From an uncultured Gammaproteobacteria bacterium (GTDB lineage: Bacteria; Patescibacteriota; Patescibacteriia; 2-01-FULL-39-33): a DNA stretch of 45,122 bases. Made by a program: the position numbers and the translations under genes. Positions 37,166 to 45,122 of this stretch are shown here, one piece after another. Where the stretch lies: contig CAYGKC010000001.1 in NCBI GenBank assembly GCA_964350585.1, positions 4,862-49,983 on the forward strand, given 5' to 3'. Position 1 is the stretch's first letter. Every line of letters begins with the position of its first letter. The notes beneath the pieces were generated by a model, which saw nothing but the letters and a program-made list of their open reading frames with translations, did not search any database and was not told the origin of the DNA.

Positions 37166-38896
37166 ATGGCAAAACAAATTAACGAACAATTGAGTAAAAT
37201 CAGGCATTCAACCACACATATAATGGCTTATGCCGTCAAAGAACTGTTTGGTGAAATAAAATTCGCCATCGGTCCGACCATAGAAGACGGCTTCTACTAT
37301 GATTTTGATTTGGGTGAAAAAACTTTCTCTCCTGAAGATTTGCAAAAAGTTGAAAAGAAAATGGAAGAAATTATAAAAAAGAAATTGGAATTTGAATCTT
37401 TTGAGCTTACGATAGAAGAAGCCACTGCTAAAATGAAAGATCAGCCATACAAACTGGAACTCATTAGGGATTTGCAAAAAGAAGGAGAAACAAAAGTAAG
37501 CTTTTATAAAGTCGGAGACTTTGAAGACCTTTGCCGAGGTCCTCACGTAGAAAATACCAAAGAGCTCGGGCATTTTAAACTAATGAAAATTGCAGGCGCA
37601 TACTGGAGAGGAAACGAGAAAAATAAAATGCTTCAAAGGATATATGGAACGGCTTTTGAAACAAAACAACAGCTCTATGATCATTTGAAGATGCTAGAAG
37701 AAGCGGAGAAAAGAGATCATAAAAAACTAGGGAAGGAGTTAGGACTGTTTTCTTTCCATGACGAAGGCCCCGGTTTTCCATTTTTCAAACCGAAAGGAAT
37801 GATTGTGTGGAATGAGCTTTTGGATTTCTGGAGAAAGGCTCATACCGAGGCGGGATATCAAGAAATCAAAACGCCAATTATGCTTTCACGCAAACTTTGG
37901 GAAGTTTCAGGCCATTGGGAAAATTATCGTGAAAATATGTATGAAACAAAAATAGATGAAATGGAATATGCCATCAAGCCGATGAATTGCCCGGGCGGAA
38001 TGCTTATGTACAAAGAAGATATCTACTCATACCGTGATCTACCGCTTCGAATCGGTGAAATCGGCTTAGTCCATCGCCATGAATTATCAGGCGTGCTGTC
38101 AGGATTGTTTAGAGTCAGGTCTTTCCACCAGGATGACGCCCATATTTATATGCGCCAGGATCAGATAAAAGATGAAATTCTAGGTGTTTTAAATCTTGTC
38201 GACAAAATATATTCAGTTTTCGGCCTATCATACCATTTGGAATTATCAACGCGTCCCGAAAAATCCATTGGTACAGATAAAGCTTGGGAAATTGCCACCG
38301 CGGGCCTTAAAGATGCCTTAGATGGCACAGGAAAAGAATATATGATAAATGAAGGCGACGGTGCTTTTTACGGACCTAAAATTGACATTCATATTAAAGA
38401 CGCAATCGGAAGAACATGGCAATGCGGAACGATTCAACTGGATATGAATATGCCTGAAAGATTTGATCTGAGTTATATTGACAAGGATGGGTCGCAAAAA
38501 AGACCGGTTATGATACATCGCGTTATTTACGGATCAATAGAAAGATTTTTCGGAGTCCTCATTGAACACTTTGCAGGCGCTTTCCCAACCTGGCTCTCCC
38601 CTGTCCAGACTCTCATCATTCCGGTTTCGGAAAAATTCAACGACTGGGGCAACGAAGTTTTATCAAAGTTAAAAGAATCAGGAATCAGAGCAGAAATTGA
38701 CGATAGCGCAGAATCACTTAGTAAAAGAGTAAGAAACGGAGAAAAGCAAAAAGTGCCGTACATTCTTGTCATCGGAGAAAAAGAAACCGAAGCGAAAACA
38801 GTAGCGATGAGAAAAAGAAGTGAAGGTGATCTCGGAAGCAAAAAGATAGAATTATTTCTCGAAGAAATAAAACGACAAATTGAAGAAAAAAAATAA
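37166..38896 (+). CDS. thrS: Threonine--tRNA ligase (lacks N-terminal TGS domain)
   Basis: RHSTTH, DLCRGPH, RDHKKLG, KPMNCP, GLFRVR, YGPKID, WQCGTIQLD, HRVIYGSIERF. Confidence 0.98.
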   Translation: MAKQINEQLSKIRHSTTHIMAYAVKELFGEIKFAIGPTIEDGFYYDFDLGEKTFSPEDLQKVEKKMEEIIKKKLEFESFELTIEEATAKMKDQPYKLELIRDLQKEGETKVSFYKVGDFEDLCRGPHVENTKELGHFKLMKIAGAYWRGNEKNKMLQRIYGTAFETKQQLYDHLKMLEEAEKRDHKKLGKELGLFSFHDEGPGFPFFKPKGMIVWNELLDFWRKAHTEAGYQEIKTPIMLSRKLWEVSGHWENYRENMYETKIDEMEYAIKPMNCPGGMLMYKEDIYSYRDLPLRIGEIGLVHRHELSGVLSGLFRVRSFHQDDAHIYMRQDQIKDEILGVLNLVDKIYSVFGLSYHLELSTRPEKSIGTDKAWEIATAGLKDALDGTGKEYMINEGDGAFYGPKIDIHIKDAIGRTWQCGTIQLDMNMPERFDLSYIDKDGSQKRPVMIHRVIYGSIERFFGVLIEHFAGAFPTWLSPVQTLIIPVSEKFNDWGNEVLSKLKESGIRAEIDDSAESLSKRVRNGEKQKVPYILVIGEKETEAKTVAMRKRSEGDLGSKKIELFLEEIKRQIEEKK

Positions 38897-38908
38897 TTAT
38901 TACTAAAA

Positions 38909-39436
38909 TCACGCCTTTAACCGGCGTGATTTTATTTTTACAATAGAGAGCTTGTTTTCCTTAAATAATTTTAATATATTTTTAAAATGTTTTGAACTTT
39001 TTTTATCTTTGGTTATCTCGTTCCAACCCTTATTCTTTAGATAATCTTCCACATATGAATAATCCTCTTCCATTTTTTTTAAAAACTTTATTTGCTCTGC
39101 AGACGCTTCTCTCTCAGCTCTCAAACCATAACTATTAGCCGGTTGGGTCGCATGAACGCCTTCGTGAATAAGAATGGATGCTAACTGAGCGATATTTTGC
39201 CGGGTAATCATCGAATAATTTGTAAACCAAATTTTATCAGGCATATGCAAAGCATTGCTATAGCCCGATTTCCTGCTAATAAAAATCATCTTTAAACGGG
39301 AGCTTAGTTTGATATACTGGCTATAATCCACTTCTTTAATCAATATAATTGATTTCGCAACCTTATCAATAAATTTTTTATTTGGAGCAATAATATCTAC
39401 AAATTCCGCTTTTTTTAAATAAAATTGTTTATTCAT
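38909..39436 (-). CDS. HExxH zincin-like hypothetical protein
   Basis: LASILIHEGVHATQ followed by AERE.S; ATG start at 39436. Confidence 0.65.
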   Translation of the reverse strand: MNKQFYLKKAEFVDIIAPNKKFIDKVAKSIILIKEVDYSQYIKLSSRLKMIFISRKSGYSNALHMPDKIWFTNYSMITRQNIAQLASILIHEGVHATQPANSYGLRAEREASAEQIKFLKKMEEDYSYVEDYLKNKGWNEITKDKKSSKHFKNILKLFKENKLSIVKIKSRRLKA

Positions 39437-39442
39437 ATAATT

Positions 39443-39469
39443 TGGGACGCCCAAAGATGAAGCGTCCCA
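39443..39469. terminator. GC-rich hairpin between the Pro-rich peptide gene and the HExxH gene
   Basis: tgggacgc-N11-gcgtccca; no clear T-tract. Confidence 0.45.
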
Positions 39470-39474
39470 TGAAA

Positions 39475-39594
39475 TTATTTTCCTTTCCTTTCCGATGGAG
39501 GTACCTTAGCTGGTGGCTTCTCCGGCGGAGGCTTCTTAGTTTCCTTATTTGGCCCCTTAACCGGATTCGGATGCGGTCCCGGCTTATCTGGCAT
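39475..39594 (-). CDS. Pro/Lys-rich small protein (39 aa), not in the ORF track
   Basis: AAAGGAGGTGA SD, then MPDKPGPHPNPVKGPNKETKKPPPEKPPAKVPPSERKGK*, then a hairpin. Confidence 0.65.
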   Translation of the reverse strand: MPDKPGPHPNPVKGPNKETKKPPPEKPPAKVPPSERKGK

Positions 39595-39698
39595 CTTATC
39601 ACCTCCTTTCAAGAATGTGCCAATTTCAAATATATCAAATAATTTTTAAGAAATAATTAATATCTTTTGACCGACAATTTTAAATATATAGCTATAAT

Positions 39699-39728
39699 AA
39701 AAAAGTCTGCATTTATACCTGCAGACTT
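39699..39728 (-). terminator. Intrinsic terminator after the 200-aa gene
   Basis: aagtctgca-N8-tgcagactt with T-tract on the minus strand. Confidence 0.7.
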
Positions 39729-39749
39729 ATGCCATAGTAATACTATATA

Positions 39750-40352
39750 CTATTTGGATCTAAACCAATATATATAGCCATTTGTAGATTCCAATAATGG
39801 AGCTGCTGTGTTTGTCATATAGCCCACCAACTTGTTACCCTCAATAGCAAAACAACTATCACCAAGAACAATTCTTGAAAATCCCATTTCCTTAAAAAAC
39901 ATCCTTGGCAAATCCATCCAAAGATGAGCAATAAGGTAAAGCGGAATACAACTAAAAGATTGCCGTTGTGCTTCAACCCTAAGTTCAAAAATGGAAGGAA
40001 ATTTTTTACCGTCATAAATTGCCAGTAACTGATCCCTACCCTTATGATCGTCATCTCCAAAAAATTCTCTCCATTCTTTTTGATCTCTTAAAGATTTAAG
40101 CGCCTTATCGTTAAAAGCTTTGCCCTGCTTTTTTAAATTTTGGATAAGGAGTGAAATTCTTATACTATTAGGTGCTGTGCGAAGAATTATTGGGCTAACA
40201 TCAATAAATTTTTCCGCAGTAATCATCTTAAGAGCATGGGAGAGCTGATCATAACTTTTAGAAAAATAGTCTTTCCTAATCATTTCCTTTATCTGTGCAA
40301 ACAACTGATCTAATTCATAGTATTGCTGGAACTTATGTTTTACTGATGACAT
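39750..40352 (-). CDS. Hypothetical protein (200 aa)
   Basis: ORF with GAGG SD and a terminator; no motif recognised. Confidence 0.7.
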   Translation of the reverse strand: MSSVKHKFQQYYELDQLFAQIKEMIRKDYFSKSYDQLSHALKMITAEKFIDVSPIILRTAPNSIRISLLIQNLKKQGKAFNDKALKSLRDQKEWREFFGDDDHKGRDQLLAIYDGKKFPSIFELRVEAQRQSFSCIPLYLIAHLWMDLPRMFFKEMGFSRIVLGDSCFAIEGNKLVGYMTNTAAPLLESTNGYIYWFRSK

Positions 40353-40435
40353 TTTTTAGTTTCCTCTCATAAGTAAGTGTGACTAACTATAGCAACAAAA
40401 ATCCATTCTATTCAATGAATTTTTATTTTCTAAAG

Positions 40436-41221
40436 TTAGTTACTTTTTTGTAACAGTTTCCACATCATCTCAAAATATGCGCGATGTGTTTGCGCAAAAT
40501 CTTTACTTTCAATTACAACAATGATGTTTTCTTCCTTCGTTGAAAACATCGCAATTTTATCACCATAGATTATTTCCGTTGATGGAAATTCAAATTCTTT
40601 CGGCGCTAATCTTGTTTCACGGTTTGCAAAGTCGTCTACTTCAACCAATCTTTGGGCAAAAACAGAATTTTCGTTTATGGCTCTACTTGAAAAACCCAAA
40701 TCAGACTTTCTTTTTTGAAGCTGAAATAAATAATCTTCTCCTGCAAATTTTATAAAAGTTTCAATTCTGGCAATACTCAAAAAACTTTTATCTTCAAAAT
40801 CCAGAATTTCCTCCCAAACCTTTTTAAACCCCTGTTCACCTGCATAAATTCTTATTTGAGGCTTAAAATCAGATCTAGAATCAATACTTTTAATAAGAGG
40901 CAAAGCTTCTTCAACTATTTTTTTTGTTTTTGAAAATCTATCATGAAGAATGTCTAATCTTTTATAAAATGCGCCTGTAGGATTATCAACTGAAATTCTT
41001 CTTTTTTTTCCATTCTTCACTTGGACAAAATACCCTTTCTCAACCAGTCTTTCAACAATGTCAAAAGATGTTCCCCTGCTTAAGCCTGTTTCTTTTGCAA
41101 TATCAATTATACTTGCCATTCCAATATGTAAAACAGCTAAATATACCGTCGATTCTCTTTCTGTTAATCCTAATTGTAAAAGACCATCAGTAATTTGGTT
41201 TTGTTGATCTTTATTCAACAT
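40436..41221 (-). CDS. TrmB family transcriptional regulator
   Basis: LGLTERESTVYLA..G.....IAKETGLSR wHTH; PQIRIYAG.QG; IYGDKIA C-domain. Confidence 0.88.
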   Translation of the reverse strand: MLNKDQQNQITDGLLQLGLTERESTVYLAVLHIGMASIIDIAKETGLSRGTSFDIVERLVEKGYFVQVKNGKKRRISVDNPTGAFYKRLDILHDRFSKTKKIVEEALPLIKSIDSRSDFKPQIRIYAGEQGFKKVWEEILDFEDKSFLSIARIETFIKFAGEDYLFQLQKRKSDLGFSSRAINENSVFAQRLVEVDDFANRETRLAPKEFEFPSTEIIYGDKIAMFSTKEENIIVVIESKDFAQTHRAYFEMMWKLLQKSN

Positions 41222-41378
41222 ATAATTATAAGGTAAATTTGTAAATTAGTCAATTATAAACGTCACTTTATAAATATATAATAATTTTTCTATCTAAATT
41301 TAAATAGAAATTTTATATAAAAAAATGACGATATATACCGTCATTATATATAAAATATGAAAAAAGTCAATAAAATAT

Positions 41379-42476
41379 CTAAACCCTTACAAATTCAGCT
41401 GCCTTGATTTTTTTTGCCTTTGCTTTATTTGCCAAAGGAAGACTGAAAGAAAACTTACTTCCTCTACCCTTTCCTGGGCTTTCCGCCCAAATTCTTCCAC
41501 CCATATTTTCAATAACTACCCGCGCAAAATATAGACCTAAACCTGTTCCTTCAGTATGAGCAGTCACCATACCCTTTCCTCTTACAAACTTATTAAATAA
41601 TCTGGGCAAGTCTTCGGGTTCAATACCCATTCCCGTATCTTGGCAGGAAAAAACCAATGATCGGCTTTCTAAATGGATATTAACCATTATCTCTCCTTTG
41701 GAAGTATATTTGATTGAGTTATCTAAGAGATTTGATATTACTTCTTTTATTTTTTGCGCATCTCCCAGGCATTCGGGCAAATGTGGCTCTGGATAAAATC
41801 CTAATTTTATTTTTTTATCATTAGCCTTTGCTTCAAAATCTTCAAGCATAGGTTCAACAATCTCTACTAAATCGACAGGAGCGATTTCAAACTGCAGCCT
41901 TCCGGCTTCTATACGTGAAATGTCTAAAAGATTTTCAACAAGGTTTAATAGCCTTTCATTTGCCTGATAAACTTTTACTAGATTATCCTTAATAATTTTA
42001 GGCACCTTACCAAAATTTCCTTCATTCATCATGGAAACATATCCTTTGGTAATTGTAAGAGGAGTGCGAAGTTGATGGGAAGCGATTGACAAAAATTCCG
42101 ATTTGGCATCATCAATATTTTTCAAATTATTATTGATGTTTACCAATTTTGCTGTTTTCTTTTTTAATATATGCTCTAATTCATTTTTAAAATTTTTCTG
42201 CTGATTTTTGTCAAAACGTATCAGTACGTAATATATGAAAAACGAAGGAATTAAAAATCCGCCTATATACAACAAGTATTTCCAATAACCCAAGATATTA
42301 ATATTATCCAAACTTAATACTCCCCAAAAACCCAAATACCAAACACATATAGCGGTAATGATTAAAAATAAAATTTTCCTTATTACTTTAGAAGGTTTAA
42401 CTGATAAAAAAATAGCCAACAGAAAGCACAGTATGGATATTAGCAAAGAAAACAAAAATAAATATAATTGCATCAT
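41379..42476 (-). CDS. Membrane sensor histidine kinase
   Basis: Three TM helices, SHQLRTPL H-box, NLLDNSIKY, DTGMGI, GTGLGL; ATGA overlap with the HAD gene stop. Confidence 0.92.
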   Translation of the reverse strand: MMQLYLFLFSLLISILCFLLAIFLSVKPSKVIRKILFLIITAICVWYLGFWGVLSLDNINILGYWKYLLYIGGFLIPSFFIYYVLIRFDKNQQKNFKNELEHILKKKTAKLVNINNNLKNIDDAKSEFLSIASHQLRTPLTITKGYVSMMNEGNFGKVPKIIKDNLVKVYQANERLLNLVENLLDISRIEAGRLQFEIAPVDLVEIVEPMLEDFEAKANDKKIKLGFYPEPHLPECLGDAQKIKEVISNLLDNSIKYTSKGEIMVNIHLESRSLVFSCQDTGMGIEPEDLPRLFNKFVRGKGMVTAHTEGTGLGLYFARVVIENMGGRIWAESPGKGRGSKFSFSLPLANKAKAKKIKAAEFVRV

Positions 42477-43132
42477 TTCTTTAACTTTAATATTTTCCAA
42501 CTATTTTTTTCGGCATGTTGCCTTAAAATAGGTTCAGGGTTTACAGCCACCGGATTTCCCACAAGGTTCAACATATAAATATCTGAGTAATGATCTGAAT
42601 ATGCCCAGCTCTTTGCCAAATTCCATGTTTCCTTTTTTGCCATCCGCTTTATCAGTTCGGCTTTCTCAGAAGAATACAATGGTGATCCATTTATCTTTCC
42701 CGTATATAATCCATCAACTATTTCTAAATTTGTGCCAAAGGCGAAATCAGCTCCGACATAAGAAGAGACTTCATCTACAAGCATCTTGATATTATTAGAT
42801 ATTATTGCGATTTTTCTTCCTTGAGATTTATGAAATTTTATAATTTCTATTATTTCAGGATAAAAATTTTTTTTAACTTCTTTTTCAAAAAAATCCTTAA
42901 GCAATAAATCAGTTTCTTCCAAGGTCCATCCTTTAACAATCCTAAATGCCTTTTTCATCATAGGCTCCACATCTTTTATTATATTTAATCTATATAATAA
43001 ATACCAGCTAAAGAACTTAATAAAAGTGAGCAAAGAAATCTTTTTTTTCAAAACAAGATAACGAACAAACATTTTAGAAGTTTGACCAGCGATTATTGTA
43101 TCATCAAAATCAAAAAAAGCGACTTCCTGCAT
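42473..43132 (-). CDS. HAD-IB family hydrolase (SerB-like)
   Basis: FFDFDDTI, IISN, EKA, AYSDHYSD, VAVNP. Confidence 0.9.
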   Translation of the reverse strand: MQEVAFFDFDDTIIAGQTSKMFVRYLVLKKKISLLTFIKFFSWYLLYRLNIIKDVEPMMKKAFRIVKGWTLEETDLLLKDFFEKEVKKNFYPEIIEIIKFHKSQGRKIAIISNNIKMLVDEVSSYVGADFAFGTNLEIVDGLYTGKINGSPLYSSEKAELIKRMAKKETWNLAKSWAYSDHYSDIYMLNLVGNPVAVNPEPILRQHAEKNSWKILKLKK

Positions 43133-43330
43133 AATAACAATTTATTAAAAACAATTAAATTATATCATATAACTAAATTTATATTAAAAATAAATTTACT
43201 ATAAACCCTCAACATTTACTAATATCACATACTTTTTTTATTTAATATAAATTTTCTGCCAACCATCTTTATTACAATAACCAACGGAATTTTTAAACAA
43301 TTTACGATTTAATTTAATATTTTTAAAACA

Positions 43331-43357
43331 AAAAAAGAGAACCACCGTTGGGTTCTC
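43331..43357 (-). terminator. Terminator after tRNA-His
   Basis: gagaacc-N7-ggttctc with T-tract on the minus strand. Confidence 0.75.
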
Positions 43358-43366
43358 ATAAAAAAT

Positions 43367-43443
43367 TGGGGGGCACGACGGGATTCGAACCCGCGACCTC
43401 AAGGGCCACAACCTTGCGCTCTAGCCGACTAAGCTACGTGCCC
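43367..43443 (-). tRNA. tRNA-His(GUG), CCA encoded, C73, no encoded G-1
   Basis: GGGCACG-TA-GCTT..GAGC-G-CAAGG-TT[GTG]GC-CCTTG-AGGTC-GCGGG-TTCGAAT-CCCGT-CGTGCCC-C-CCA cloverleaf. Confidence 0.96.
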
Positions 43444-43466
43444 AAACCCAGAACAGGAAGAAACAG

Positions 43467-44870
43467 TTAGGCAACGTTCGCCAGTTTCGCTATCAATTTA
43501 CCAACTAACTCATCTCTTGTCAAGACTTCTTGTTTCCTTTGGGCCATATCTTTAACAGCAACGTTACCTGCCTTGATTTCATCTTCACCTAAAATAACTA
43601 CATAAGGAATACCTTTCTTGGTTGCATAGGCGAATTGGGCACGCAAGGTGCGATCTGCGCCTAAATACAGTTCTGTATTAATTCCAGCGCGACGCAGTTG
43701 CGAAGCAACCAACATTGATTCTTGCTCGTACTTTGCATCAAAGATTGTTACCAAAACTTGAGTTAAGGATTCTTTGACCTCCACAAGTCCGAGCTTGATC
43801 ATGCCAACAATGAGACGGTCAACACCTACCGATGCGCCAACTCCCGGAATATTGCTATCCGGAATAAAGCGATTGGTCAGACCGTCAAAACGTCCACCGC
43901 CAAATACTGAACCCAATTCCGACATATCATCTAAGACAGCTTCAAACACTGGGCCAGTGTAATAGTCCAAACCACGAGCCACCGAGAGATCAATTTTCCA
44001 GTGACGTCGCGGAACTCCAAGAAGATCGAGTGCCTGAGCAATGCCACGTAACTCTGCCACGCCATCCTTACCATCGCCATCATACGAAGCAAAGAACGCA
44101 TCTAGCCTGGCCAAGATCTGCTCCGGTTCTTCACCCTTGATAGAAACGAATTCCAACACACGGTCTGCATCCGCTTCTGTCATGGCTAACGCTGATTCAT
44201 CATACTCGTTATCCGGCTGACGCATAAGTTCACTCTTTACTCCTTGTGCGCCAACTTTATCCAACTTATCAATAATACGGAACAAATCCTTGGCTTTCTC
44301 TTTAACGCCAACAGCCTGAGCCAAACCGTTTAATACCTTGCGGGTATTGAATTTGACCGTAAAATTGGGGATACCGAGCGCCTTGAGACACTCATACATA
44401 ATGTTAATTGTCTCAATGTCGGCATTAATTGAATGCGAACCAACGATGTCGAAATCCAGTTGAAAGAACTCTCTGAAACGTCCCGCCTGTGACCTTTCAC
44501 CTCTCCAGACCTTACCCAGTTGGTAACGCTTAAACGGTTTAGAGAGATTGGGATAGGCGGCCACCACTCTTGCCAAAGACACTGTCAAATCAAACCTCAG
44601 AGAAAAGTCTTCATTCCAATCCGCGTCCTCAACTTCTCTGTCTTCTACGCCACGCATAATGCGGGCAACAAAAATACTTTTGTTGAAGTCCTTTTCTCCC
44701 CCAGTAAGCACGTCCAATCGTTCCATGCCCGGAGTTTCTAAGGGCAGGTATCCATAAGATTCGTACACCTTTCTTACTGTATCGATAATCTTCTGTTGAA
44801 TTAGAGCGTCTTTAGGTAGCATATCCTTAAAGCCACCCAAAAGCTCCGGTTTAATGATCTTTCTTGACAT
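43467..44870 (-). CDS. hisS: Histidine--tRNA ligase
   Basis: GFKD.LP, LRFDLT, WRGERSQAGRFREF, ARGLDYYTG, GGGRFD, anticodon-binding domain. Confidence 0.97.
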   Translation of the reverse strand: MSRKIIKPELLGGFKDMLPKDALIQQKIIDTVRKVYESYGYLPLETPGMERLDVLTGGEKDFNKSIFVARIMRGVEDREVEDADWNEDFSLRFDLTVSLARVVAAYPNLSKPFKRYQLGKVWRGERSQAGRFREFFQLDFDIVGSHSINADIETINIMYECLKALGIPNFTVKFNTRKVLNGLAQAVGVKEKAKDLFRIIDKLDKVGAQGVKSELMRQPDNEYDESALAMTEADADRVLEFVSIKGEEPEQILARLDAFFASYDGDGKDGVAELRGIAQALDLLGVPRRHWKIDLSVARGLDYYTGPVFEAVLDDMSELGSVFGGGRFDGLTNRFIPDSNIPGVGASVGVDRLIVGMIKLGLVEVKESLTQVLVTIFDAKYEQESMLVASQLRRAGINTELYLGADRTLRAQFAYATKKGIPYVVILGEDEIKAGNVAVKDMAQRKQEVLTRDELVGKLIAKLANVA

Positions 44871-44961
44871 TTTTATGGTCTCCTTTACAGTGGTTAAATT
44901 CCTCTATTATTGCACTTATAACGTACCACTTATGATTTTAGTCGTCAACTTATTTACCCAT

Positions 44962-44993
44962 AAAAAAATACACCGGCGTTAATCTGCCGGTGT
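44962..44993 (-). terminator. Intrinsic terminator of the upstream gene
   Basis: acaccggc-N8-gccggtgt with T-tract on the minus strand. Confidence 0.75.
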
Positions 44994-45014
44994 TTTAATA
45001 GTCATTCTTTATTC

Positions 45015-45122
45015 CTATTCAATCCTCCCTAAAACAAAGGCCTCTTCCTGCGGACCCATGCAATCGCTGGGAAAGATTACTAGACTATCACAAGTCACTC
45101 TTACCTCTTGCCCTCCGTCGGT
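45015..45122 (-). CDS. C-terminal end of a hypothetical protein entering from beyond the window
   Basis: Open frame TDGGQEVRVTCDSLVIFPSDCMGPQEEAFVLGRIE* followed by a terminator. Confidence 0.45.
   Translation of the reverse strand, partial: TDGGQEVRVTCDSLVIFPSDCMGPQEEAFVLGRIE

Noticed and set aside
39442..39642. 66-aa plus-strand ORF rich in Arg/Trp/Leu
   Set aside because: Antisense shadow of the SD-led Pro-rich minus-strand ORF.
1729..44741. Remaining short ORFs of the six-frame track nested in long genes
   Set aside because: Antisense or off-frame shadows of well-supported CDSs with no independent signals.
1..45122. CRISPR array, IS element, rRNA or UGA recoding
   Set aside because: No spaced repeat array, transposase motif or rRNA-like tract. 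Conserved genes are full length under code 11 and TGA is used as stop (e.g. HAD gene).

Overview
AT-rich bacterial chromosomal window read with standard code 11. Gene content and style suggest Patescibacteria/CPR, probably Parcubacteria/ABY1-like; this is inference from a compact RpoB, an N-terminally short MurE, a TGS-less ThrRS, TrmB, giant Ser/Thr-rich surface proteins and many SD-less genes. The left ~12 kb is a minus-strand cell-surface cluster: a WxL-like subunit, a DUF916-like protein, a 1081-aa FN3/CarboxypepD-reg membrane protein, two unannotated small genes (BldC/Xis-like HTH and a 54-aa membrane peptide) and a 1984-aa fibre adhesin with an S74 autocleaving chaperone and an exact 466-bp internal duplication. 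Then follow rpoC/rpoB, a radical SAM enzyme, murE, COG2426, ruvA flanked by two divergent secreted paralogues, a U32/TrhP-like protein, a NIF3-like protein, four aaRS genes (ileS, argS, thrS, hisS), tRNA-His and regulators. The main observations are: (1) two T-box riboswitches with ultrashort Stem I, the Thr one apparently lacking Stem II and placing a protein-kinase-like gene and an orphan gene in front of thrS; (2) a tRNA-His with no encoded G-1 directly behind a GC-richer hisS; (3) palindromic REP-like elements inserted in frame in two housekeeping proteins; (4) a histidine-phosphatase domain inside IleRS; (5) an unexplained structured intergenic island at 26.4-26.6 kb; (6) a Pro/Lys-rich 39-aa peptide gene with a perfect SD upstream of an HExxH protein. 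No CRISPR array, transposase, integrase or rRNA was seen. All calls were made by eye, without database searches.
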